Of a DNA stretch of 64,000 bases, positions 42,704-52,516 are shown in pieces (the stretch's first letter is position 1; the number at the start of each line of letters is the position of its first letter). The notes below the pieces were generated by a model, which was given only the letters and a program-made list of their open reading frames with translations, did no database searches and was not told where the DNA came from. The DNA comes from Candidatus Jordarchaeum sp. LHC_1308 (GTDB lineage: Archaea; Asgardarchaeota; Jordiarchaeia; Jordiarchaeales; Freyrarchaeaceae), in contig JAHLWX010000001.1 in the NCBI GenBank assembly GCA_019057675.1, positions 8,797 to 72,796 on the forward strand, written 5' to 3'. The translations under genes and the position numbers were made by a program.

Positions 42704-43954
42704 GTGGTGGTTCGTTTGGGTGAGCGTTCCCTTGAGGCACTTTTCGAGAGGTTTCTCTCTACTAAGATTTTTAAGAACCGTGACGTTTTAAGTCATACTT
42801 ATGTTCCTGACGAGTTACCTCACCGTGACGAGCAGATTGAGAAAGTCGGGTTGATTCTTGCCTCCGCTCTCAAGGGCGGAACACCTTCAAACGTTTTCAT
42901 CTATGGAAAGACTGGTACAGGTAAGACCGCCGTTGTGCGTTTCGTTCTTAAACACCTCGTTGCTAAGTGTCATGAGTTGAATGTGCCTCCCCCCATACCT
43001 GCCTACCTTAACTGTAGGATCGTTAACACTAACTATCGTGTTTTAGCCCGGCTTTGCTCCTACTTGGGTGTCGAGGTTCCATTTACAGGTCTTCCTACAG
43101 ATGAAGTTTATAGCAGGTTTAGGGATGCGCTTGACAGCAGGGATGTTTTGATGATAATTGTGCTCGACGAGGTTGAACGACTAGTCGAGCGGGATGGGAG
43201 TAACATTCTTTATGACCTAACTAGGATGAACCATACTGTTTTGAAACGGGCACGCGTCAGCATAATAGGTATCACAAACGATCTGACATTCAAAGATAAC
43301 CTTGATCCTAGAGTGCTGAGTAGCCTAGGAGAGGAGGAACTGGTTTTTCCGCCTTACGCTGCCGCTGAGCTCAGAGACATTCTATGGCAAAGAGCCCAGC
43401 TCGCCTTCAGGGAAGGCGCTCTTGAAGGTCCAGGGGTTATTAATCTCTGCGCGGCCATAGCGGCTAAGGAACATGGAGACGCTCGCCGTGCCTTAGACTT
43501 GCTTAGAGTTGCAGGTGAGATAGCTGAGCGGGAAGGCGCGGAAAAAGTTTCTGAGGATCATGTGAGGGCTGCGCAGCACGTTATTGAGCGAGACCATTTA
43601 GTCGAGGCTCTGAGAACTCTTCCTATGCACTCTAAGCTTGTACTTTACACCATCTTTGAGTTGACGAAACAGGGACGGGGTAAAGCTAGGACCGGGGACA
43701 TATACAGCTACTACTCGAACATTTGTAGGCGTCTTCACGTTGAGCCATTGACACAAAGGAGAGTTAGTAGTCTTATAAATGAGCTTGACATGTTGGGGGT
43801 GGTTGTGGCTCATCTTAAAAGCAGGGGGCGCCATGGATTGTCAAAAGAAGTAAGGCTCAACGTCTCCGTGAATCAGGTCAAACAAGTCTTAGAGGAGGAT
43901 GCCTTCATAAAGAAGCTTTCATCTGAAGGTTCACTTTCCTCTCTTTTAGGTTAG
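42704..43954 (+). CDS. cdc6: Orc1/Cdc6 replication initiator
   Basis: 'LSHTYVPDELPHRDEQIE', Walker A 'IYGKTGTGKTA', Walker B 'IVLDEVE', 'GDARRALDLLRVAGEIAE' and a C-terminal winged helix. GTG start. Confidence 0.92.
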   Translation: MVVRLGERSLEALFERFLSTKIFKNRDVLSHTYVPDELPHRDEQIEKVGLILASALKGGTPSNVFIYGKTGTGKTAVVRFVLKHLVAKCHELNVPPPIPAYLNCRIVNTNYRVLARLCSYLGVEVPFTGLPTDEVYSRFRDALDSRDVLMIIVLDEVERLVERDGSNILYDLTRMNHTVLKRARVSIIGITNDLTFKDNLDPRVLSSLGEEELVFPPYAAAELRDILWQRAQLAFREGALEGPGVINLCAAIAAKEHGDARRALDLLRVAGEIAEREGAEKVSEDHVRAAQHVIERDHLVEALRTLPMHSKLVLYTIFELTKQGRGKARTGDIYSYYSNICRRLHVEPLTQRRVSSLINELDMLGVVVAHLKSRGRHGLSKEVRLNVSVNQVKQVLEEDAFIKKLSSEGSLSSLLG

Positions 43955-45465
43955 TCCCCTGTGAAGTCCAGCTGAGCCACCCAGAAGTCCTTCAAGTTAA
44001 TGATGTACGGCTTCCCGGGTGTCGGTGTTAACCCCATGGATTTCTGGTAGTCTGTTTGATCCTGAAATGTTCCCGAGTTTATCACGATTACCCCACGGTA
44101 ATTTTCCTGCCCATTTATGTGAATGTGCCCGCAGTGTAATATGTCTGGGACCTTCTCGATAACTAAGAGGTCCATGGGTTCAGGGGACAATGGTGTTGAC
44201 CCATAAATTGGCGCCAGGTGTCTCCCCCTGAGAAACTCTATCATTGCTCTTTCGGGGTGGTGCTGGTCTATAGAGAGAGCCGTCATCACGTCGTTTAGCG
44301 AGTCCCCGTGGAAGCATAACACTTCAACACCATGTATTCTGAAATATGCTGGGTCTCCGAGCATTTCGACTCCTATTTCGTAAAGTGGTTCACCGTACTC
44401 TTTCGGTATTGCTGGCTGAGGTAATGCTTGCCTAGTTGCGTCGTGCCCACCAGGTATAGCTATGATCTTCACGTAGTCGGGTACATTTTCAAGGTATTTT
44501 GCTGCAATATCATATTGTGCATATACCTCTTCGACGACGAGCTCCTTCTCTTGGTTAGGATAGACTCCGACTCCATCCACTATGTCTCCTCCAATCACTA
44601 GATACTTAACTTGTTTTGCGAGATCTCTGGTTTTCTCATCCCCCCTCTTGCCCTGAAGCCACTCTATGAATCTCGTGAATGGCTTTTCCATGAATTTCTT
44701 GCTACCGAAGTGCGTGTCCGAGATGAAGACGGCCATTATGGGATCCTCAGCTCTTCTAGGTTTGTGGTCAAATGGCACATCGGGCCAGATAATGTTGTCT
44801 GCCACGATGTAAGCTCCGTTACTTTTACCTTCTACACAGACTACTTGGTCTAGCATAAGGTATCGTGCTTTATCTGTTAAGTTGCCCGGAATTAGGACGC
44901 TAACCACGCCGTCAAGATCCTCAAGTTCTATGATCATGGAGCCACTCCGAACCTTCGAAATATCCCTAACTAACCCTATCAACTTGACTTCCTCAGCTCT
45001 GCCTACCTCACAAGTCCTACGTATTCCCTTGATGTCTCCTCTCCTCAGGAGGAGATTGCTGAGTCGCATATACCTGTCTTTGAAGTAGTTGACAAAGTCG
45101 TTTAGAGACCCGCTGGTTCCTATCATTTTTGTTGGATCCATTACTACTTCGAAATCCTCGTCCACTTCCTTGGCGGTTAGGGCTGGCTTCAACTTCATGC
45201 TCGGGGAAGCTGCACTCCACTCCTCTTCGCTTTTAGGCGTCTTAACACTGGTTACTTTTCGAGGATCCTTCTCTTCAATCAGTTTTCTGACATTTTCTTC
45301 TGTTAAAACGAGTGCCCCATCCGTGACCTTAATCTTCCTTATAATCAAGGAAACTACGCTGGGTTCAAGTGACAATATGATATCCAACGCTCCAGGAGTA
45401 ACTTGTAATCCAGCTTCAAGCAATTCCTTAACTGTTCTCTTTGCGACTTGCGACGTCTCTATCAA
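43951..45465 (-). CDS. polB: DNA polymerase II (PolD) small subunit DP1
   Basis: OB-fold region followed by calcineurin-like phosphoesterase motifs 'VFISDTHFGS', 'LVIGGDIVDG', 'IPGGHDA' and 'LHCGHIH'. Convergent with cdc6, overlapping by 4 nt. Confidence 0.9.
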   Translation of the reverse strand: MIETSQVAKRTVKELLEAGLQVTPGALDIILSLEPSVVSLIIRKIKVTDGALVLTEENVRKLIEEKDPRKVTSVKTPKSEEEWSAASPSMKLKPALTAKEVDEDFEVVMDPTKMIGTSGSLNDFVNYFKDRYMRLSNLLLRRGDIKGIRRTCEVGRAEEVKLIGLVRDISKVRSGSMIIELEDLDGVVSVLIPGNLTDKARYLMLDQVVCVEGKSNGAYIVADNIIWPDVPFDHKPRRAEDPIMAVFISDTHFGSKKFMEKPFTRFIEWLQGKRGDEKTRDLAKQVKYLVIGGDIVDGVGVYPNQEKELVVEEVYAQYDIAAKYLENVPDYVKIIAIPGGHDATRQALPQPAIPKEYGEPLYEIGVEMLGDPAYFRIHGVEVLCFHGDSLNDVMTALSIDQHHPERAMIEFLRGRHLAPIYGSTPLSPEPMDLLVIEKVPDILHCGHIHINGQENYRGVIVINSGTFQDQTDYQKSMGLTPTPGKPYIINLKDFWVAQLDFTGD

Positions 45466-45924
45466 GCTTCCGCCCTGCTTATCTCTTAAATCAGAAACCC
45501 ACTATAAACTTTTCATGTGTCACATCTTCCAACGGAAGGGAAGTTCGCGTTACGAACTTTCAAGCTTACTTTTATCCTTTGCCAAAATAAATAAGAGTCA
45601 GTATTTCATAGATGTTTCAATTAACCTACATCTCTTCTTATTAATGTAAATTTCTCTTTTTATTTTATGAAAGATTCTTGGAATAATGCTTGTTTATCTT
45701 CTTCAAAAATGAAGCTCATTGAAGACTTCTCCCTATTTACTTTTACAAGCGCTTTTATTGAAATTATGTGCACTTTTGTTCTTTCATGACTAATTTTATG
45801 CACAAATATGCTTCATTTGAATGAAGTGAAGTTTATTGAGTGGATTCCATAAAAAATATATAGTGTTTATAATTATCATCTTTCAAATAGAGATCATTGA
45901 AAATCATGAGAGGAGGCTTGTTCC

Positions 45925-46905
45925 GTGTCTAAAATGGAGGTTAGGAAACTTCAGAAAACGGGAGGTAGCACATTTCTTTTAAGTCTTCCTAAGGACTGGA
46001 TCAAACGTATGAGTCTTAAGCAAGGGGATCTCGTGGCAATAATTGAGAGGGACGATGGTGCTCTTCTCGTCGATCCTCGCTATTCCGAAAAGGAAAAAGT
46101 TAAAGTGGCTATTATAGAAGTTGACTCTAGTCCGAATTTTACGAGGGAAATAACCGCGAACTTTCTTTATGGTTACGACGTCATACGAATCCGCTCTAAA
46201 AGCGGCATTACGTCTGAACAGAGAGATGCTATTAAACGTTCACTCCAACAGCTTGTTGGCGTAGAAATAGTTGAGGAAAGCGCCAAGGAAATCACTCTTC
46301 AGTGCTTACTTTCACCTTCAGCCCTTTCCCTAAAGAGAACAATAAAGAGAACTTACCTTATTGCTGCTAGGATGCAGGAGGACGCCGTGACAGCTATAAA
46401 AGACAAGGATCTTAACTTAGCTGAAAGCGTTGTAGTGAGGGACGAAGACATCGACAGGCTTTACTTCTTAATGGTTAGACAGCTTCGTTCAGCAGTAATG
46501 GAGCCCCACTTGGCAGAGAAAATTGGTATCAGTCCTATAGAGTGCTTAGACTACCGTGTCGCTATCAAAAGTATAGAGTCCATGGCGGACTACTCCGTTA
46601 AGATAGCTGAGCAGGTTCACCTCGTAATGGGTGCTGAAATCCCGGGAAAAGTTATTGAAAGTATACTAAAAATAAATCGCATAGCTCACGAAATGCATTC
46701 TAACGCCATAGAAGCCCTCGTAAGGAAGGACGGAGTTTTAGCGTCAAAAACCATAGGGATGAAACCCCAGCGTAACCAAGCAGTAGAGGAGGCCTACAAG
46801 GCCCTTGCAAATGAACCAGTAGAAATATCTATTCCTCTCAGCACTGTAGTTGATATGTTAGACCGCATCTCAGAATGTGGTGTCGACATAGCAGACCTAG
46901 CATAG
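45925..46905 (+). CDS. AbrB/SpoVT-domain + tandem PhoU-domain regulator
   Basis: 'VRKLQKTGGSTFLLSLPKDWIKRMSLKQGDLVAI' (SpoVT/AbrB swapped hairpin) followed by two PhoU-like helical repeats ('VVVRDEDIDRLYFLMVRQL'). Confidence 0.8.
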   Translation: MSKMEVRKLQKTGGSTFLLSLPKDWIKRMSLKQGDLVAIIERDDGALLVDPRYSEKEKVKVAIIEVDSSPNFTREITANFLYGYDVIRIRSKSGITSEQRDAIKRSLQQLVGVEIVEESAKEITLQCLLSPSALSLKRTIKRTYLIAARMQEDAVTAIKDKDLNLAESVVVRDEDIDRLYFLMVRQLRSAVMEPHLAEKIGISPIECLDYRVAIKSIESMADYSVKIAEQVHLVMGAEIPGKVIESILKINRIAHEMHSNAIEALVRKDGVLASKTIGMKPQRNQAVEEAYKALANEPVEISIPLSTVVDMLDRISECGVDIADLA

Positions 46906-46948
46906 CCTCCAAAAAGGTAAGTGTTAAAGGGAAAAGGGGGAATACTTC

Positions 46949-47812
46949 ATGAAGTCAATAGATGAAATGGCTCGTGAAATACAGTCTCGCTTCAAGATTG
47001 TCGGCAGGCTGGAAGAGCTAAAAAAAGCACTAGCCGCTAAGCTGGCATCCCGCCACTTACTAATAGAAGGCGAAGTCGGTGTTGGAAAAACCACTTTGGC
47101 AGATGCCATCGCGAAGTATTTTAACCAGCCAATGTTCCGGGTTGACGGCGACGAACGTTACACGGAGGCTAAGCTAACAGGGTGGTTTGATCCTCCAGCA
47201 GTAATGAAGTACGGGTATACAAGGGACGCCTTTGTTCCAGGCCCATTAACTCTTGCCATGCTTGAAGGCGGCATCCTCTTTATAAACGAAATAAACCGCT
47301 TAAGCGAGTCCACTCAGAACGTTTTTCTTCCCGTCATGGATGAAGGCAGACTGGAGATCCCGAAGATAGGCGAGATCACAGCGAAGGAGGGCTTCTTCAT
47401 TATAGCCACGCAGAACCCACTTGAGCACGTCGGTGTAACCGCCTTGGGCGAGGCTTTAAGAGACCGCTTCTGCTGGATACGAATCGACTACCAAAGCGAG
47501 GAGGAAGAAAGAGAAATAGTGGCGCTCAAGTCTGGCTGCTCTAACCCCGACATAATACGGCTAGCAGTGAAAATAGTGAGGGCAACCCGCGTCCATGAGA
47601 ATTTGCGAAGGGGTGCATCTGTTAGAGGAGCCATTGACATTGCGAGTCTTTTATCTCACTACAACGGAGCCCAAGTGAAATCAAAGGATTTGTGGGTTGA
47701 AGTTGCCATAATGGCTCTCGGTACACGCATCGAGCTTGAGGACGGTGCTGGCAAGACTATTGAAGAAGTTATAAAAGAAATTGTAGATGAGTGCTTCGAG
47801 GATTTTCAGTAG
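46949..47812 (+). CDS. MoxR / CbbQ-NorQ-like AAA+ ATPase
   Basis: Walker A 'IEGEVGVGKTTLA', Walker B 'ILFINEINR', 'IIATQNP' and 'ALRDRF'. Confidence 0.85.
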   Translation: MKSIDEMAREIQSRFKIVGRLEELKKALAAKLASRHLLIEGEVGVGKTTLADAIAKYFNQPMFRVDGDERYTEAKLTGWFDPPAVMKYGYTRDAFVPGPLTLAMLEGGILFINEINRLSESTQNVFLPVMDEGRLEIPKIGEITAKEGFFIIATQNPLEHVGVTALGEALRDRFCWIRIDYQSEEEEREIVALKSGCSNPDIIRLAVKIVRATRVHENLRRGASVRGAIDIASLLSHYNGAQVKSKDLWVEVAIMALGTRIELEDGAGKTIEEVIKEIVDECFEDFQ

Positions 47813-48882
47813 GCGAGGAGGTTCAACCCTCCGATGAACCCAAAAGGATAAACCCCTTCTCAGCTTTCGATCTTCTCTTAGAGGAGATATCTCTAGGCAC
47901 AGCGCCACCTTACATCTACACGGATCTCGCAAGTAAACTTGATTACGCCTCTATAAAGAGAGCGGCCGAAATGGCGTTAAAATGCGGGAACCTTTCGGCC
48001 ATCAAAGGGCTCTCAAAAGTGAATCCCGTCGCCGTGTCTGACGTCTTCTCATGCCCTGACGCAGCTCTTCTAGTTGCTAGGCGCTTATCTTGCGGCGACG
48101 TTCAAAGTCCAGTAGAGCTCTACGTACTTTTGCGCGGCAACCTTCGCTATAAGTATAAGCAAATCTTCAAGAGACTGGCGAAAATAGCGGTTCTCAAAAC
48201 ATCCCTCAGGATCAGCGGGCGTGGGCCTAAAGGACCATTAAGAAGAAGAGTGCCTTATTACCCCGGGTTAATGGAGTTTGACGAAGAGTCGATGATTGAA
48301 TCCTTCTTGGAGAAAGAATATATCTCCTATGAGGACGTAGTCGGGTTGGAGCCCCGGTCACAAGCCAAGTTTGGCGTGTTAATATTCGATTCCAGTGGTA
48401 GCATGACCGAAGAGAAACTATTTAACGCAGCCCTTTCAACAGCAGTCTTGGCCTATAATATGCGAAACGAAGATTATGCAGTCATAGGATTTGGAACCCG
48501 CGCATTCACTCTCAAGAAAATTGGTGAGAAGAAGAACATAAGTAATGTCATCGAGGAAATACTGGATATAAGTTCTATAGGCTATTCAAACATAAGCGAC
48601 GCTCTCTCTGTCGGACTTAAAGAACTCTCCAAGATAAAGCGTAGAGGGAAAAGTTGGGGCGTCCTGATAACGGATGGCGAGTGGAATTTGGGAAGAGATC
48701 CCACGCAGCTGGCGGCCAAGTTTCCGACCCTACATGTCATAGCAACTCCAAGTAAAGGAAAAATAGCGGAGCATGGCTTGAAAACATGCAGGAAGCTGGC
48801 TAAGGCAGGTAAGGGCCACTTCATGGTTGTGAAAAACTTTTCGGAAATCCCCCGCCTACTTGTAAAGCTACTTCTATCATAA
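47791..48882 (+). CDS. von Willebrand factor A domain protein (partner of the MoxR-like ATPase)
   Basis: MIDAS motif 'VLIFDSSGSM' and a late 'VLITDGEWN'. Overlaps the ATPase gene end by 22 nt. Confidence 0.8.
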   Translation: MLRGFSVGEEVQPSDEPKRINPFSAFDLLLEEISLGTAPPYIYTDLASKLDYASIKRAAEMALKCGNLSAIKGLSKVNPVAVSDVFSCPDAALLVARRLSCGDVQSPVELYVLLRGNLRYKYKQIFKRLAKIAVLKTSLRISGRGPKGPLRRRVPYYPGLMEFDEESMIESFLEKEYISYEDVVGLEPRSQAKFGVLIFDSSGSMTEEKLFNAALSTAVLAYNMRNEDYAVIGFGTRAFTLKKIGEKKNISNVIEEILDISSIGYSNISDALSVGLKELSKIKRRGKSWGVLITDGEWNLGRDPTQLAAKFPTLHVIATPSKGKIAEHGLKTCRKLAKAGKGHFMVVKNFSEIPRLLVKLLLS

Positions 48883-49788
48883 GCTTTCTTTTCTTTGTTT
48901 TTCCGATGCAAACTTCCAAAAATCCTTTACTACTACTGGCATCTTCCTTCTTTTATCTCTCACTAAGTACAGCATGCGCTCGACGTCCCACCCCTCCACC
49001 TCAATGATCTTAACCAGTCCTGCGACCTCCGCCTTCTTAGCAGCAGTCTCGGACAAAATCGTTATTCCAAGTCCCACAGATACCGCATTTATCACCGCCT
49101 CCGTGCTGCCAGCCTCCAGTGACACTTTCACCTTATCGAGGGGAATCCCTAACCGCATGAGAGCCCTTTCCGCTTCAAGTCTCGTCCCTGATGTTCTCTC
49201 TCTAAAAACAAACGGGTAACGTAAACAATCTTCTAAAGTCACTTTCTTTTTCATTGCAAGCTCGTGGTTAACCGGACATATGAAAACAAGTCTCTCTCTT
49301 CCGATGGGTATAGCTTCTATCTCTTTAACACTTTCCTCTGTAAGGCTCCCCACAGCCGCTAGATCAGCCTCTCCTCTAAGAAGCTTCTTCAAGGCCCCAC
49401 CAGTGTCTAACACTTCAATTTCAAAGCTTATCCTCGGATTCTTCTCTTTAAATTGAGCTACCAAGTTTGGAAGAATATGCTCCCCTGGAATGGTGCTCGC
49501 CACAAGCCTTATCCTTCCCTCCTCCTCTTCCCCTATTTTCCTCAGCTCATCCCTCGTCTTATCCACTAACTCGAGAATCTCCTTAGCTCTTTTCAGCAAT
49601 ATCTCGCCCTCCTTAGTCAGCCTCACTATTCTTCTACTCCTGTCAAAAAGAGTTACTCCAAAAAACTTCTCGAGCGTAGCTATATGATTGCTTACAGTGG
49701 CTTGGGTCACACCAAGCTCTCTAGCAGCCCTAAGAAATCCACCCTTCTCTACAACCTCGATGAACGTTTTGAAATACTCCACTCTCAT
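48877..49788 (-). CDS. LysR-family transcriptional regulator
   Basis: 'FKTFIEVVEKGGFLRAARELGVTQATVSNHIATLEKFFGVTLFDR' wHTH plus a periplasmic-binding-fold effector domain. Start at the internal Met; the ORF extends to 49872. Confidence 0.88.
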   Translation of the reverse strand: MRVEYFKTFIEVVEKGGFLRAARELGVTQATVSNHIATLEKFFGVTLFDRSRRIVRLTKEGEILLKRAKEILELVDKTRDELRKIGEEEEGRIRLVASTIPGEHILPNLVAQFKEKNPRISFEIEVLDTGGALKKLLRGEADLAAVGSLTEESVKEIEAIPIGRERLVFICPVNHELAMKKKVTLEDCLRYPFVFRERTSGTRLEAERALMRLGIPLDKVKVSLEAGSTEAVINAVSVGLGITILSETAAKKAEVAGLVKIIEVEGWDVERMLYLVRDKRRKMPVVVKDFWKFASEKQRKESL

Positions 49789-49955
49789 CTGATACCCCTC
49801 TTCTTCAGTATTTCTCGAATAGCCCCTAAAAATTTTTTGATAAATGGCACATATGAAGTAATGTTTAATCAATAAAACAAGTTATTCTTTAGAATTTATA
49901 AATACAGATCCTCAAAAACTCAATTAAAAGTAAAAACGAAAAGCAGAACTAGGAA

Positions 49956-50111
49956 TGGTGCGGGGGGTGGGATTTGTCCCCGTAAAACCGGATTGAACCC
50001 ACGAACGCTTACGCCGGTATCCCGCCTACGCGACAGGATCCTGAATCCTGCCCCTATGGCCACTTAAGCTTTGACTTAGCCTGCAGGCGCATCTGGCTTG
50101 GGTACCCCCGC
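49956..50111 (-). tRNA. tRNA-Leu(CAG) with three non-canonical inserts (D-loop, variable arm, T-loop) and encoded CCA
   Basis: Minus-strand read: GCGGGGG-TA-CCC-AAGCC[~32 nt]TGGCCATA-GGG-G-CAGGA-TTCAGGA-TCCTG-TCGCGTAGGCG[17 nt]TTC-GTGGG-TTCAA[19 nt]AT-CCCAC-CCCCCGC-A-CCA. The anticodon loop is uninterrupted. Confidence 0.8.
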
Positions 50112-50157
50112 ATCTACCGTCAATCATTTTCATGTGCTTTCCTCAAAAATTTTTTGA

Positions 50158-51561
50158 TCAGCTCTTAGCGCTCGCAGCAGCTTCCTTTGCGATATGTTCT
50201 GCGATTTGTTCAGCTTTCTGTTTAAGTTTTTCAGTTATGTACCCTTTAATGAATGCTTCCTCAAGAGCATCCTTATCTATAACCTTTACGTCTCCGTTAG
50301 GGAACTGTATAACGTCAACCTCTAGATCTATATATCTTATCCTGTTGGGGTATAGTTCTATGGGTGTGTTTATATTGTAGAATGCTCCTTTAAACTCCCC
50401 TTTCTTGGAGTAGTATTCCGTTTTGAATGTCCACTCGCCCAGTTTTACTTGGGTTACGCCATAGTCCCCAGCTTCTTTTGGTGCGTTTAGACCATCATAA
50501 TATCCTCCTGCTGTAAAGCTTCTCCTGATAATGATCTCTCGATGATCTTTCCTTTGTAGAATTTTTCCGTGGAGAAATATTATTTTTCCATTAAGCTTGA
50601 CGTGTTCGAAGCGTATTTCATCCTCATTTTTGAAGGTGTTGTCGATAATCCATTCTTGAAGTAATTGGCTTACCTCGTCGCGTAGCTCTGTGTGTCTTGA
50701 AATGAGTTCCTCTGCGAAGTCCACTATCTGCGCCACGTCACTTCCTAATGCTTTGTAATAATGGTGTCCACTTATCGTTGGAGTAACTCTTTCTCTTATG
50801 CTATCCAGCTGCATTTTGGTGCTGGCTGGAAACTCGACGATCACCGTTTCATCGCCTTCTCTTACCAGCATTGGTTCATCTAAGTCTACTGAAAGGTCTA
50901 GAAGCTTTCTCATCTCTTCCTCTAACTCCTTTATTTCCTTTGTGACTAATGATATGTCTGCATTCCCCGCTGCTGTCCTGAATATGATTCCTATGTCCGT
51001 TGACTTCATACTGCTACCAAGACGATAAAGAATTTCACGTACATCTCTGTTTTTGATCTTGCTACTTATGCCAATATGCCCGCTGGAGGTTAAGACCACG
51101 TACTTTCCTGCGATCACTATTTCTCCAGTTGCTTGCGGTCTGGGGTCGATTTCGCACACTCTTAGAAGCTGCACTTCCCCTTCTTCTTTAGCCTTTTCAT
51201 TCACGGGAACTCTCAGGCATCCGATATCTGCTATTGCTTTTTCATTGTACTTTTTGATTATGCGTCCTACATAAATGGCATTTAGGTTAACCTCTGCTTT
51301 TCGGGTAACAACGTCTTCCAGCTCTTCTCTAACGATGCTGACTACTTTTCTTAATGTCTCCCTCTCGCCAGTTATAATTACTCCTTGCTTGTTCTTTGTG
51401 TCGTAAACTTCTACGTCTGGAGGATTCATTGTTCTCTTAATTTTTAGTCTTTCAGCTAGTATCGCTGAACTTTGAGTTATTGAGAAGCCGTTATCTAAGA
51501 AAAGTTTGGAAAGGGCGGTGGAGTATATCCCTCTGACTCTAACCTGCGTTTCTTCCCCCAT
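50158..51561 (-). CDS. fau-1: RNA-binding protein / probable ribonuclease FAU-1
   Basis: N-terminus 'VRVRGIYSTALSKLFLDNGFSITQSS' and overall length (467 aa) match archaeal FAU-1. Confidence 0.8.
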   Translation of the reverse strand: MGEETQVRVRGIYSTALSKLFLDNGFSITQSSAILAERLKIKRTMNPPDVEVYDTKNKQGVIITGERETLRKVVSIVREELEDVVTRKAEVNLNAIYVGRIIKKYNEKAIADIGCLRVPVNEKAKEEGEVQLLRVCEIDPRPQATGEIVIAGKYVVLTSSGHIGISSKIKNRDVREILYRLGSSMKSTDIGIIFRTAAGNADISLVTKEIKELEEEMRKLLDLSVDLDEPMLVREGDETVIVEFPASTKMQLDSIRERVTPTISGHHYYKALGSDVAQIVDFAEELISRHTELRDEVSQLLQEWIIDNTFKNEDEIRFEHVKLNGKIIFLHGKILQRKDHREIIIRRSFTAGGYYDGLNAPKEAGDYGVTQVKLGEWTFKTEYYSKKGEFKGAFYNINTPIELYPNRIRYIDLEVDVIQFPNGDVKVIDKDALEEAFIKGYITEKLKQKAEQIAEHIAKEAAASAKS

Positions 51562-51659
51562 CGAGGCACACCTCTACTTTCTTCCATCCGCCTTCCCTTG
51601 AAATGAGGAAATAAAACAAAGTAAAGTAATTTATTTGAGTTCTCGTTCACATTGGCTAC

Positions 51660-51941
51660 TTACTCGTCTCTTACGGTTTCTAAAATTGATACCGCACTCC
51701 ATATTTTCGTTCTACTATGTAAGGGGCAATTTGGATCCTGAGAAGCCTCCTCAAGTATAGATATGGCGTTTGAAGCCTTAACGGCGGGAGTATACTTTCC
51801 CTCTATAAGAGCCTCTATTGCTTCACTTGCAGCTCTCCTAATGTTTCTTGGAGTAGTTGTATCCTCAGATATCTGCTTTAAAATCGCTATTGCTTTATTC
51901 ATTTTCTCAATGGAATCGCTCAAAATATAACCCTCCTGCAA
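51660..51941 (-). CDS. UPF0147 family protein
   Basis: 'TPRNIRRAASEAIEAL' and 'SQDPNCPLHSRTKIWSAVSILE'. Confidence 0.75.
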   Translation of the reverse strand: MQEGYILSDSIEKMNKAIAILKQISEDTTTPRNIRRAASEAIEALIEGKYTPAVKASNAISILEEASQDPNCPLHSRTKIWSAVSILETVRDE

Positions 51942-52174
51942 ATTAATTGCAAACTAGGGTTCCTTCCTTCACAAAGGAAACCATTTTTTACGAGTTTACT
52001 CCTCACTTATTTCAAATTAAGATGTAGGCTATTTTTGTCTTACGCAGGGCCCTCAGAGAATGAAAACTTTCATCTTAGAGATGTCTTATTCTTGAAAAAC
52101 ATTTATTTTTCACAATGCTTCCGTAATTTTAAGAGTTTTTAAAATTAAGAAGTAAGAAGTCTTGGTGGTTTTTC

Positions 52175-52516
52175 TTGGCGTCTGAAGACTTGCAGAAAAT
52201 GGTTGACATGTTACGGCGTGGTGCGACATTGCTCTCTAAGGCATGTCCCGCATGTAGCTCCCCCTTATTTAAAGTAGATGGGAAAATATGGTGTCCGACA
52301 TGTGAAAAGCAGGTTATTGTGATGAGGGAAGGAGAGCCGCCTCCGCCGGAGTTAAGCAGCTTACTACTCTCCAGCTTGGCAAATGCAATTTATGATAAAC
52401 TCAGAGAGGTGGAAGCTCGAATCAGGAAAGCTAGGGAAACTGATGATTTGCAAGAGTCATTAAGACTTGCTGTTGGTTTACTAGAAGTTTTAGAGCGAAT
52501 AAAACGCTTAACCTAA
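52175..52516 (+). CDS. UPF0148 / SSSCA1-like zinc-ribbon protein
   Basis: 'MLRRGATLLSKACPACSSPLFKVDGKIWCPTCE'. Confidence 0.7.
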   Translation: MASEDLQKMVDMLRRGATLLSKACPACSSPLFKVDGKIWCPTCEKQVIVMREGEPPPPELSSLLLSSLANAIYDKLREVEARIRKARETDDLQESLRLAVGLLEVLERIKRLT

